The notes under the pieces are model-generated. The model was given only the letters and a program-made list of their open reading frames with translations, searched no databases and was not told the origin of the DNA. A program made the translations under genes and the position numbers. A stretch of DNA of 64,000 bases, from the NCBI GenBank assembly GCA_020637495.1, contig JACJVV010000001.1, positions 366,232 to 430,231 on the forward strand. The letters are read 5' to 3'. Shown here piece by piece: positions 28,930-38,700 of this stretch. Position 1 is the first letter of the stretch. Each line of letters begins with the position of its first letter. The stretch is from Candidatus Woesearchaeota archaeon. Its GTDB lineage: Archaea > Nanobdellota > Nanobdellia > Woesearchaeales > JACJVV01.

Positions 28930-29556
28930 CTAATCTTTTCTTGATATATATACTCTGTATCCAGAACCTTTTGTCAATGCATCAACGTTGCCGAAGATAT
29001 CTTTCATATGCTGTTCATACTGCTTTCCACCTTTCTGATGACGGGAGACGGCTTGTAATGTACCACCTTCGTTTAGATGCTGAAAAGATTTCTCAATCAT
29101 CTGAAAACATATATCCTTGCCTGCATTCTGTGGAAGATTCACAAGTACAGTATCGAACTTCTTTCCTGATAAGTTATCAAACATGTCGCTTTGGACTACA
29201 ATCACATTGACACGATTCGATTGAGCATTCTCATTTGTAAGCTTTACTGCTCTTTCGTTTATGTCGCTACATGTCACATTACAATCAGGATTCAATCTCT
29301 TAAGTATTATACCTACTGCACCATATCCACACCCAAGATCAAGAACCTCTTTTCCAAGGACTGGTTTTTTTATCAGAAGCAAAGTGCCAGTATCAACCTT
29401 TCTTTTTGCGAAAACACCAGAACCAGTCTTGAAATTGAAACTAGTATTGTTTACGTCACATCTAATCGAGCTGAAGATAGCTTTAGAAGTCGGTTTTTTT
29501 GTGAAATAGTGCTCGGTCATCTTCTCTCCTGGCAAAATCTTAAATTGAGTGAACAA
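28930..29556 (-). CDS. Class I SAM-dependent methyltransferase (small-domain/RsmC-like)
   Basis: VLDLGCGYGAVGI motif I, DIN acidic motif II and an NLPQN (NPPxx-like) motif IV. Confidence 0.65.
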   Translation of the reverse strand: MFTQFKILPGEKMTEHYFTKKPTSKAIFSSIRCDVNNTSFNFKTGSGVFAKRKVDTGTLLLIKKPVLGKEVLDLGCGYGAVGIILKRLNPDCNVTCSDINERAVKLTNENAQSNRVNVIVVQSDMFDNLSGKKFDTVLVNLPQNAGKDICFQMIEKSFQHLNEGGTLQAVSRHQKGGKQYEQHMKDIFGNVDALTKGSGYRVYISRKD

Positions 29557-29571
29557 TAGACTAGTAGATTA

Positions 29572-30387
29572 TTATTGCATGATACCTAAAAGTCCATACA
29601 GCATCCTATCAGTCGACCTTATTATTGTCTCATCAGTGCCATAGATAATAAAGCAGTTGCCATCAATCTCAATCTTCTCTTCTTGGTCTTCCTGGAAATA
29701 AACCACGAGATCATCCTCATTGCTGTCACAAGTTACTATAGGTCTGCTCTTGCATGCATCTGTTACATTTTCTGAGCATGCAGATATTAAGTTATAACTC
29801 TTAACTTTTTTGAGAACTTCACTCATCTCTGATACAGCTAAAGTAAGGTATGGCCTTGACACAGATGGATCTTTAGGGTCTATTGTTATATACATCTTTG
29901 TGTAATCTTTTTTCGGTATTGGGTTGATCGAATTCACTGATATATTCTCAACTTCCTTAGGCCCGAACCTGAATGGGATTATGAACATATTCTCTTCAAT
30001 CTGGTATTGCGTATACCAAAAATCAACATTAGTCTGTTCATCAGATAATCGTAAGAAGCTATATGAATTATATATGTAACTATTATCGGTAGGAGCTTTA
30101 TTATAGTTTTCTGAGAACAACTCATCCATTGTCTTAGGTTGCTCTTTGGACAGGTTAGGTATGATAAAGAGCAGTGCGAATATTATTATTATTCCCCCTA
30201 AAAGGACTGATATCTCTTTTAATGATATATCCTCAAACAGATTTCTTTTATTTCCTTTAGCTGTTGTTTTTTTAGTCTCATAAATATCTTTTTTATCATT
30301 ATCGTTATTAATATCTTTGGAAACTGTACTCCTAGAATCTTTAATCTTGGAATTATTATTGCTGGATCTTGCTTGCATCAACAACAC
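29572..30387 (-). CDS. N-terminally membrane-anchored extracytoplasmic protein, paralogue A
   Basis: One TM helix after a K/N-rich N-terminus. Its C-terminal block (TCDSNEDDLVVYFQED...IDGNCFIIYG...RMLYGLLGI) is shared with the adjacent gene. Confidence 0.45.
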   Translation of the reverse strand: MLLMQARSSNNNSKIKDSRSTVSKDINNDNDKKDIYETKKTTAKGNKRNLFEDISLKEISVLLGGIIIIFALLFIIPNLSKEQPKTMDELFSENYNKAPTDNSYIYNSYSFLRLSDEQTNVDFWYTQYQIEENMFIIPFRFGPKEVENISVNSINPIPKKDYTKMYITIDPKDPSVSRPYLTLAVSEMSEVLKKVKSYNLISACSENVTDACKSRPIVTCDSNEDDLVVYFQEDQEEKIEIDGNCFIIYGTDETIIRSTDRMLYGLLGIMQ

Positions 30388-30967
30388 CTAAGAATTCATA
30401 AATTATCCTTCCTGTAGCTCTTCTCATCTCATAAGCTGTCTGGAAATGCAGTCTTATACAGTTATCTGATTCGATATATGTAGAATTATCCTCAACAAAT
30501 TCAACCACAAGGAACTCATCTGTTGAATTATCACATGTTATAGTAGGCAGTTGTACATTATCTTTTGTGAATGCATTAACCATCTGTTTCTGGTTATTTG
30601 CAAAGACAGTATTCATCTGGTATGTTTGCAAAGCAATATCTTGTCTGTAGCTTGAGAATGGGTCTGATGTAATAATTATCGAATAAGCATCCTTAAGCCT
30701 ATTGATAGTTCCCTGCTCAATCTCAATATGCTCTGTCTCAATAGGGAGAACCTCAAAGTAATATGTCTTACCATCTACCTTAGTCTCATACCCATAATTT
30801 GTCTGCTTGAACTTGAATCCATTATACTTTTCTGTAGAATTATTACTTGAAAAGCCATAGAAAATAACACCAAACCCTGAAGTTGCCATTATCAAAGTTA
30901 TGAAAATACCCATATATAATGTCATCCTATTATTCTTCTTGTGAGTTCTATGACGTCTCATAATCAA
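30356..30967 (-). CDS. N-terminally membrane-anchored extracytoplasmic protein, paralogue B
   Basis: Same architecture and C-terminal block (TCDNSTDEFLVVEFVED...SDNCIRLHF...RIIYEFLGV) as paralogue A; the two overlap by 32 nt. Confidence 0.45.
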   Translation of the reverse strand: MIMRRHRTHKKNNRMTLYMGIFITLIMATSGFGVIFYGFSSNNSTEKYNGFKFKQTNYGYETKVDGKTYYFEVLPIETEHIEIEQGTINRLKDAYSIIITSDPFSSYRQDIALQTYQMNTVFANNQKQMVNAFTKDNVQLPTITCDNSTDEFLVVEFVEDNSTYIESDNCIRLHFQTAYEMRRATGRIIYEFLGVVDASKIQQ

Positions 30968-31023
30968 AGGTTTCAGAGGTATCTTTAAAAAGTTTTTTAA
31001 ACAATCTTCCTTGGTATATCAGC

Positions 31024-31713
31024 ATGACAAAAAAGGATGATGTAGTCATAAAACTTGAAGATGTGTGGAAGATCTATAAGATAGGGGATAATGAGATAAA
31101 TGCATTAGCAGGGGTTGATATTGAGATACCGCGCGGAAAATTTGTAGTTATAATGGGTCCTTCTGGAAGCGGAAAAAGTACTTGCGTAAACATGGTTGGT
31201 TGTCTGGATATACCAACTAAAGGTGAAATATATTTGAATGGTGATAATATAGCTCATCTTGGCGAGAGTGAGCTTGCGCAAATAAGAGGGAAAACCATAG
31301 GTTTCATCTTCCAGCAATTCAATCTGATTCCTACCTTGACAGCATTACAGAATGTCATGCTGCCAATGGCATTCCAGGATATGGATGTAGGGGAAAGAGA
31401 AGAAAGGGCAAAAGAGCTCCTTACTATGGTTGAACTTGGTGATAGGATGAATAATAGGCCTACTGAACTTTCAGGAGGGCAGCAACAACGTGTTGCAATA
31501 GCAAGGGCTTTGGCCAATGATCCTGATGTAATACTTGCAGATGAGCCTACAGGCAATCTTGATTCTAGAACTGGAATAATAGTCATGGAGTATCTGCAAA
31601 AACTCCATAATCAAGGAAAGACAATAATAATGGTGACCCATGACCCAAAGATGACAAAGTTCGCTGAAAGGGTAGTCTTGCTCAAGGATGGAAAAACAGT
31701 GAAAAAGTTATAA
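31024..31713 (+). CDS. ABC transporter ATP-binding protein, MacB/LolD-type
   Basis: Walker [11 protein letters not shown]-loop, signature [15 protein letters not shown], Walker [12 protein letters not shown], and an H-loop. Confidence 0.85.
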   Translation: MTKKDDVVIKLEDVWKIYKIGDNEINALAGVDIEIPRGKFVVIMGPSGSGKSTCVNMVGCLDIPTKGEIYLNGDNIAHLGESELAQIRGKTIGFIFQQFNLIPTLTALQNVMLPMAFQDMDVGEREERAKELLTMVELGDRMNNRPTELSGGQQQRVAIARALANDPDVILADEPTGNLDSRTGIIVMEYLQKLHNQGKTIIMVTHDPKMTKFAERVVLLKDGKTVKKL

Positions 31714-31749
31714 ATGAATGTAGTTTAAAAGATTACTAGGTGTAAAAAG

Positions 31750-33048
31750 GTGATTGCGATGAAAAAAGGAAGTCAAATAATGATGATTTTATCAGTTCTT
31801 ACAATATTATTATGTACTATTATGGCAGTCTCTGCTGCTTCAACAAATGTGATAGCAGATAAGGACATCAGGCTTACATTGGTCAATCAAGAGCCTGATC
31901 CTGTAGAACCTGGAGAATATGTAAAAGTAAAGTTCAAAGTAGAGAACTGGGGAAGTGAACCTACTGCACCTATAGTTGTTGGCCTCAAGCCAAGTTTTCC
32001 ATTTGAAGTAGTTGATGGTGATTATGAGCAGACAATACCTGGACTTGAGAGAAGACAGAAGGCTGACGATAGTGAAATAGTCGAATGGAGGCTTCTCATA
32101 GATAAGAATGCTGCAGAAGGTGCGAACAACTTGACTGTATATTATAGAGAACTCTCAGGGCAAAGAGTAAATATCATATCTGAAGAAGAGTTTGATATTG
32201 AAGTTAGGACCAGTGATACTATCCTGGAAGTTGTTGATATAATGACTGTTCCTGAAGATGTTGAGCCTGGACAAACTTCTAAATTAATATTAAAAGTAAA
32301 AAATCTTGCTGATAGTTTCATTAAGGATGTTAAGATTAGTCTTGATTTAGAAGATGTTAATATTGCAACTATTGGTTCAACAAGTGAAAAAATAATTCAA
32401 AAATTAGACGGTGGTGAAACTGTTAATGTTGAGTTTGATATTATGCCATCTTCATCTGTAGCTTTAGGAACTGTGAAAATTCCACTTAATATGGAGTTCA
32501 AAGATAATTTGAATAATAAATATACTCAAAATTCAACATTTGGTCTAGTTTTGAATAGTCCGGTAAGTTATATTTTGAATGTTGAAAGCAGTGAAATACT
32601 ATCTCTTAATCAAAAAGGAGATGTTACAGTACAAATTTCAAATAATGGAATTAATAATATTCAATTTCTTACCGTAGAGCTTAAACAAAGTAAAGATTAC
32701 AAAATTTTGTCATCACCTAAAATTTATATTGGTCAAGTTGATAGTGATGATTTTGAAAGTATAACATATACATTATATTCCAATGATACTGATGATTTTG
32801 GAAACATGAATCTTCGACTTTTGTTGACATACACTGATGATTATAACAAGGAGTATAATGTTGAAGAAGAAGTACCTATTAAAATATTCACTGCAAAAGA
32901 AATTAAAGATTATGGTCTAGTTCCATCAGGTAATGGTGGTATGTGGCTGTTAATAATAATAGTAGTTGCAGGTGTTTTTGGTTTCTTGTATTACAGAAAG
33001 AGAAAGAAGAAAAAGCAACAACAGCAACAAAAACAAAATAAGAAATAA
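31750..33048 (+). CDS. Secreted beta-rich cell-surface protein with a C-terminal TM anchor and K/Q-rich tail
   Basis: Signal peptide, repeated ~100-aa beta-strand-like segments, a C-terminal hydrophobic helix, then a KRKKKKQQQQQKQNKK tail; embedded in the ABC/FtsX operon. Confidence 0.5.
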   Translation: MIAMKKGSQIMMILSVLTILLCTIMAVSAASTNVIADKDIRLTLVNQEPDPVEPGEYVKVKFKVENWGSEPTAPIVVGLKPSFPFEVVDGDYEQTIPGLERRQKADDSEIVEWRLLIDKNAAEGANNLTVYYRELSGQRVNIISEEEFDIEVRTSDTILEVVDIMTVPEDVEPGQTSKLILKVKNLADSFIKDVKISLDLEDVNIATIGSTSEKIIQKLDGGETVNVEFDIMPSSSVALGTVKIPLNMEFKDNLNNKYTQNSTFGLVLNSPVSYILNVESSEILSLNQKGDVTVQISNNGINNIQFLTVELKQSKDYKILSSPKIYIGQVDSDDFESITYTLYSNDTDDFGNMNLRLLLTYTDDYNKEYNVEEEVPIKIFTAKEIKDYGLVPSGNGGMWLLIIIVVAGVFGFLYYRKRKKKKQQQQQKQNKK

Positions 33049-33058
33049 GGTCTGAAAG

Positions 33059-34276
33059 ATGATCATAGACCTTTTTTTATATTCTTTTAGAAATCTCAAA
33101 AATAGAAGATTGAGAACTTGGTTAACTATGATTGGAATAGTTATCGGTATTGCAAGTGTAATAGCACTTGTAGGTTTAGGAGGAGGATTAAAGGCGGCAA
33201 TAACTGGTCAGTTTACTGGTGTTAGTGCTGATATTCTAACTATACAAGCAGGTGGTGTTGCTTTTTCAGGTCCACCTGGTTCAGGTGTTGTAAATCCTCT
33301 TAAAAAAGATTATGTTGATGATATTGAAAAAATCTCTTATGTTGATTTTGCTGCTGGTCGTCTTATTGAGGCTGTTAAGATGGATTATAATAACATCCAA
33401 GATATAGCTGTAACTGCCACTATTCCAGGTGGGAAAGTTCGTACAGAATTTGAAAAAATATTTGATCTTAAACTTGAGCAAGGACGGTTGTTAAAAGATG
33501 AAGATACTTCTAAAGTCTTATTAGGACATAATTTCTTAAAAAAAGATAATGGCTTTGATAAAGAAATAGTTGCTGGTTCAAAAATTGAGCTTAATGGTAA
33601 GGGATATGAAGTTGTTGGTATTCTTAAAGCAAAAGGGAGTTTTATGTTTGATAGTGTAATTTTCTTTAATGATCAACCATTACGTGATATTGTAAATAAT
33701 AAAGATAATGTTGATTTAATTGTAGCACGTGTGAAAAACATTAATGATATTGATAAAGCTAAAGAAGCGATTGAAAAATATCTTAGAAATAAAAGAGATG
33801 TTAAAGAAGGTGAGGAAGATTTTAGGGTTCAATCTGCTCAATCAACTATTGACACAATTAATGGGGTTTTGGGCGGTGTTCAGGCTTTTGTAATCATTAT
33901 TGCTGCAATTAGTATGATTGTTGGAGCTATAGGAATAATAAATACTATGTTTACTGCTGTACTTGAAAGAAGAAAAGAAATTGGTATTATGAAATCAATA
34001 GGAGCTAAAAATGAAGATATCTTTTTATTATTTTTAATTGAGTCAGGTCTTCTTGGTTTTGTTGGCGGATTAATTGGAGTAATAATTGGATGGTTATTAG
34101 CAATCTTAGGAACAAATGCATTAAGTGCTGCATTAGGACTTGAAGCTTCACCAGATATCAGTTTTGCTTTTGCATTATTTGCATTACTTGCTTCATTCTT
34201 TATTGGAGCTGCTTCAGGTGTAATACCTGCAATGCAAGCAGCATCGATGAAACCAGTAGATGCTTTGCGGGGTTAA
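33059..34276 (+). CDS. ABC transporter permease, FtsX/MacB-like (1)
   Basis: N-terminal TM, a ~230-aa extracytoplasmic domain, and a C-terminal FtsX 3-TM bundle. Confidence 0.8.
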   Translation: MIIDLFLYSFRNLKNRRLRTWLTMIGIVIGIASVIALVGLGGGLKAAITGQFTGVSADILTIQAGGVAFSGPPGSGVVNPLKKDYVDDIEKISYVDFAAGRLIEAVKMDYNNIQDIAVTATIPGGKVRTEFEKIFDLKLEQGRLLKDEDTSKVLLGHNFLKKDNGFDKEIVAGSKIELNGKGYEVVGILKAKGSFMFDSVIFFNDQPLRDIVNNKDNVDLIVARVKNINDIDKAKEAIEKYLRNKRDVKEGEEDFRVQSAQSTIDTINGVLGGVQAFVIIIAAISMIVGAIGIINTMFTAVLERRKEIGIMKSIGAKNEDIFLLFLIESGLLGFVGGLIGVIIGWLLAILGTNALSAALGLEASPDISFAFALFALLASFFIGAASGVIPAMQAASMKPVDALRG

Positions 34277-34331
34277 AATCAATTTTAGGTTAATAATTAA
34301 TAAACTGAAAATATAAAACAAATTTACAAAA

Positions 34332-35555
34332 ATGATAACAAAAGAAAATTTTAATTATGCATTGAGGAACCTTTTCAATCGAAAGGTAAGGAGTTCTCTG
34401 ACAATATTATCTATTTTTGTAGGTATAGCTACAATATTTATATTTTTAAGTTTTGGCTTTGGATTACAAAATTACATTACTCAATTATCTACAGAAATAG
34501 GTGTTGATAAACTTTTTGTTCAAGCTAAAGGAATTGGTGCTCCAGGAACAGATCCTAATTTTAAGTTGACTGATGATGATTTGAGTGTGATTGAAAAAAC
34601 AAGAGGAATCACACAAGCTATAGGGATGCCTTATGGGAGTGGACAAGTAAAAAAAGATAAAAAAATTGTATATCAATACATGATTGGTATGCCAGTAAAT
34701 TCAAATAAAGATATTACTTTTGCTCTTGAATTTTTCACAGTAAAATTGCTTGAAGGTAGGAATCTCCAAAATGGTGACAATAATAAAATTGTCTTAGGAT
34801 ATAGTTATAGACTACCAAATAAAATCTTTGAAAAAGCATTGAAGATAGGAGATAAATTAGAAATCAATGGAGAAGAATTAAAAATTGTTGGTTTTTTTGA
34901 GGAACTTGGTAATCCTAGTGATGATGCGAATATTTATATGACTATAGATACATTTGATAGGTTAACTAATGCTACTGAGACAAATTATGCATTTTTAGTT
35001 GGTAGAGTCAATGACCCGGCAGATATGTCTGCAATCAAAGATAGAGTGGAACGAGAATTACGTAAATCTCGAGGTTTAGATGAAGGTAAGGAAGATTTTT
35101 TTGTCGCTTCCTTTGATGAATATATTGAATCTTTTTCAGGAGCTACAAATATTGTAAATGGTTTTATTTTGCTGATTGCACTTATTTCAGTTTTTGTCAG
35201 TATGATTAACACTGCAAACACAATGTTTACTTCAATTCTTGAACGAACAAAAGAAATCGGTGTATTGAAAGCAATAGGGGCAAAAAATTCTGAAATATTA
35301 ATTATTTTTTTATTAGAATCTAGTATATTAGGAATGGTTGCAGGAATTATAGGGGTATTAATTGGTTATCTAATTAGTTCTGCTGGAGGGAATATTCTGA
35401 AAGCATTAGGTTGGGGTTTTTTGCAACCTGCTTTTCCAAGTTCCTTATTCATTGGTTGTATACTGTTTGCAACATTAGTCGGCACAATTTCTGGGATGAT
35501 TCCGGCATACAATGCTTCAAAACAGAAACCTGTCGATTCACTGCGATATGAGTGA
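34332..35555 (+). CDS. ABC transporter permease, FtsX/MacB-like (2)
   Basis: Same architecture as the preceding permease; shares the ...SILERTKEIGVLKAIGAKNSEI... segment with it. Confidence 0.8.
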   Translation: MITKENFNYALRNLFNRKVRSSLTILSIFVGIATIFIFLSFGFGLQNYITQLSTEIGVDKLFVQAKGIGAPGTDPNFKLTDDDLSVIEKTRGITQAIGMPYGSGQVKKDKKIVYQYMIGMPVNSNKDITFALEFFTVKLLEGRNLQNGDNNKIVLGYSYRLPNKIFEKALKIGDKLEINGEELKIVGFFEELGNPSDDANIYMTIDTFDRLTNATETNYAFLVGRVNDPADMSAIKDRVERELRKSRGLDEGKEDFFVASFDEYIESFSGATNIVNGFILLIALISVFVSMINTANTMFTSILERTKEIGVLKAIGAKNSEILIIFLLESSILGMVAGIIGVLIGYLISSAGGNILKALGWGFLQPAFPSSLFIGCILFATLVGTISGMIPAYNASKQKPVDSLRYE

Positions 35556-35761
35556 AGTGAATTAGAATTGAATAACTTTGTTCTATCATTAGATATATTG
35601 GTTTGGGTTATCTTTTTATGATTAATAATTTATTCTAAATGTTACTTCTGTTAGGTAGTTATTATTAGAAAACTTTATAAACTTGCAAAAATTTCTACCT
35701 TCAAATGTTGTTATTAAGTAGTAATTACATATTATTCATGCTTATGAGGGGGAAATAAAAA

Positions 35762-38700
35762 ATGAGATTCATCAATCTGATATTATTCTTTTTTGTGATA
35801 GCACTTGCTGGTTCAGCATTTGCATATGACTCAGGATGGAATCAGCTTGCACCTCAGAATGGCGGTGCATGTGGCTGTGCTTATCCTTCATGCGAAGAAA
35901 GCGACTATGGTCTTACATGGTTGCAAGAAGGCTCATGCGTAACAAGTGCGAGTTATGATTTCTTATGCCAAGGCAATAGATGTAATATCCTAAAAAGCAT
36001 AGGTGCAGGCAGGACATATGATATTCCCTCAACAGGCAATTACTATCTTTCTGTCGACGCTATATGGAGCAGTGAATATGAGCGATTATATGGTGGTGTA
36101 AACACATGGGGTTCAGATTCAATAAGAAGATCATCTTATGATTTCAACAGTGCAGTACAATGTGTATGGAGAAATCCTTTCTATGTAAATTCAGATCCTG
36201 CACAAGTATGGTTTGAAGGCGCATCAAATTCAGGTAGCGTCCATGTAGGATATTTCAGGCTTTCAACAGAGATCCCTGATGATGTATATGTGTTCTGTGA
36301 CGATGGATCACAGGTTCCACATGTTTATGAATGTAATGATGGTATTGATAATGATGGAGATGGTTATGTAGATTACCCATATGATCTTGGATGTTCAAGT
36401 TCTGTTGATAACGATGAGGGTGATGGCCATGTAGCATGCTACTCGGACAGCAACTGTGGAAATACTCAGATAAGCACAAGCTGTAATATTGCTGGCGATC
36501 ATGTAACTACTATAACTAATTATGATTGTATAAATCCAGGAACAGAGCATAGCTATTGCACAAGTTCGCAGCAGACTTCAACAGATGATTGTGACTACAT
36601 CTGCTCTAACAGCCTTGGTTGTGATTATACAGAATGTTCCGATAAGATTGATAATGATGTTGATTCTACCATAGATTTCCCTAATGATGCAGGATGCAGT
36701 GATTATTATGATGATGACGAGAGTGACGGACCAGTAACTTGCTATAGCAATAGTGATTGCGATTATCTAGATGATATTGACTCATATTGTACTGGTTCCC
36801 TATATAAGACTGAGACTCTTGATGGTGTATGCAACTATGCAGGAACTGATGCAAGCTATTGCTCACAGAAAGTTAAGAATGTGGTAGTTGACCAGTGCAG
36901 CTACATCTGCAGTGATAGTCTTGGATGTGATTATACAGAATGTTCTGATAGGACCGATAATGACAATGATGGGACAATAGATTATCCAATTGATCTTGGA
37001 TGCAGTGATTACTATGATGATGACGAGAGTGATGGCTATGTCGCTTGCTATAATAATGCAGATTGTGGAGCAATTACTAATGACTATTCATGCAATTATG
37101 CTGGAGACTATGTGCAGACTACAACTGTTCCAAACTGCTTCAATGCAGGTACAGAACAGAGCTATTGCATTGATATAATTGACACAACAACAGATGATTG
37201 TGCAAACATCTGCTCTAATTCATATGGATGCGACTATACAGAGTGCAGTGATGGCATTGATAATGATAATGATAATTTTGTAGACTTCCCTGATGATCTA
37301 GGTTGCAGTAATTACTATGACGATGACGAAAGCAATGGTCCAGTGGAATGCTATTCAAATGGGGATTGTGTAGTGAACAATGTAGTCAATACCTATTGTG
37401 ATGGTGATGATTTTGTGACTGAAGTTCCTAAGGGAGTATGTGATAATCCTGGAACAGAACAAAGCCAATGCATCATAGAGTATAATGTGGATGTTGAGAA
37501 GTGCAATAACATCTGCTCTAATTCACTTGGATGCGACTATACAGAATGTTCAGACGGAATCGATAATGATAATGATAATTTTGTTGACTATCCAATTGAT
37601 TCAGCCTGTAATAATTATTATGACGATGATGAATCTGGTGATATTAAATTAGTTGAGACAAAATGGGACATAGATATATTGAGTAGTAGTGATACATATC
37701 AGACAGATAGGGGATGCCATGATATCTCTGTTAAGGTAGAGGCATATGATAGTTTTGACGATGTTGAGATTACTGTGAGGATACCAGGTACACCATATGG
37801 TCTAGTTAATACCTCTGACTTATTTGATATCGTGAATGGTCAGATTGTGACAAAGAGTATGCTACTATGCCTTCCTGATGATATGGAAACAGATTATTAT
37901 ACTCTAGTAGTTCAAGGAGATGACTCTGATGGGTCATTGTTCATACAGAATTATCCAATCAAACTTGAAGGATTACCAGTGGAATGCTATACACATTCAG
38001 ACTGTGGTCTTAATGGATTTACAGAATATTGTTCAGTCCAAGGGAATCATGTGACTGAGAGTACAATGTTCTATTGCCATAATGCAGGAACTGAATTAAG
38101 CTTCTGTACAAATGAGACAAATTCAAACGTTGATGAATGCGATTATATATGCAGCAATAATCTTGGCTGTGATTATACAGAGTGTAGTGATGGGATCGAC
38201 AATGATAATGATAATCTTGTCGATTATCCTAATGATCTAGGGTGTGATAATTATTACGATGATGATGAGAGCAATGATCCTATTGAATGCTATTCAAATG
38301 ATGATTGTCCTCAGACAAGCCAGCCAGCACCATATTGCGATGGCAATGATTATGTGGTCGTTGAAGTAGACAGTGTATGTGTAAATCCAGGAACAGCCCA
38401 GAGTTCATGCGAAGCAATATCAAATGAGATGATCCAGGAATGCAACTACATCTGCAGCAATAACCTTGGTTGTGACTATACAGAATGCAGTGATGGACAA
38501 GATAATGACGGCGATGGACTGGTTGATTATCCTAATGATCCTGGTTGTTTAAGTTACTCTGATACAGATGAATATAATATAATTACAGTGGTACATGAAT
38601 GCAGTGATGGAATAGATAATGACGGAGATGGTTCAGCTGATTATCCATATGATTTCAGCTGCTCAAGCCCTACTGACGATGATGAGACATATCCAAGACC

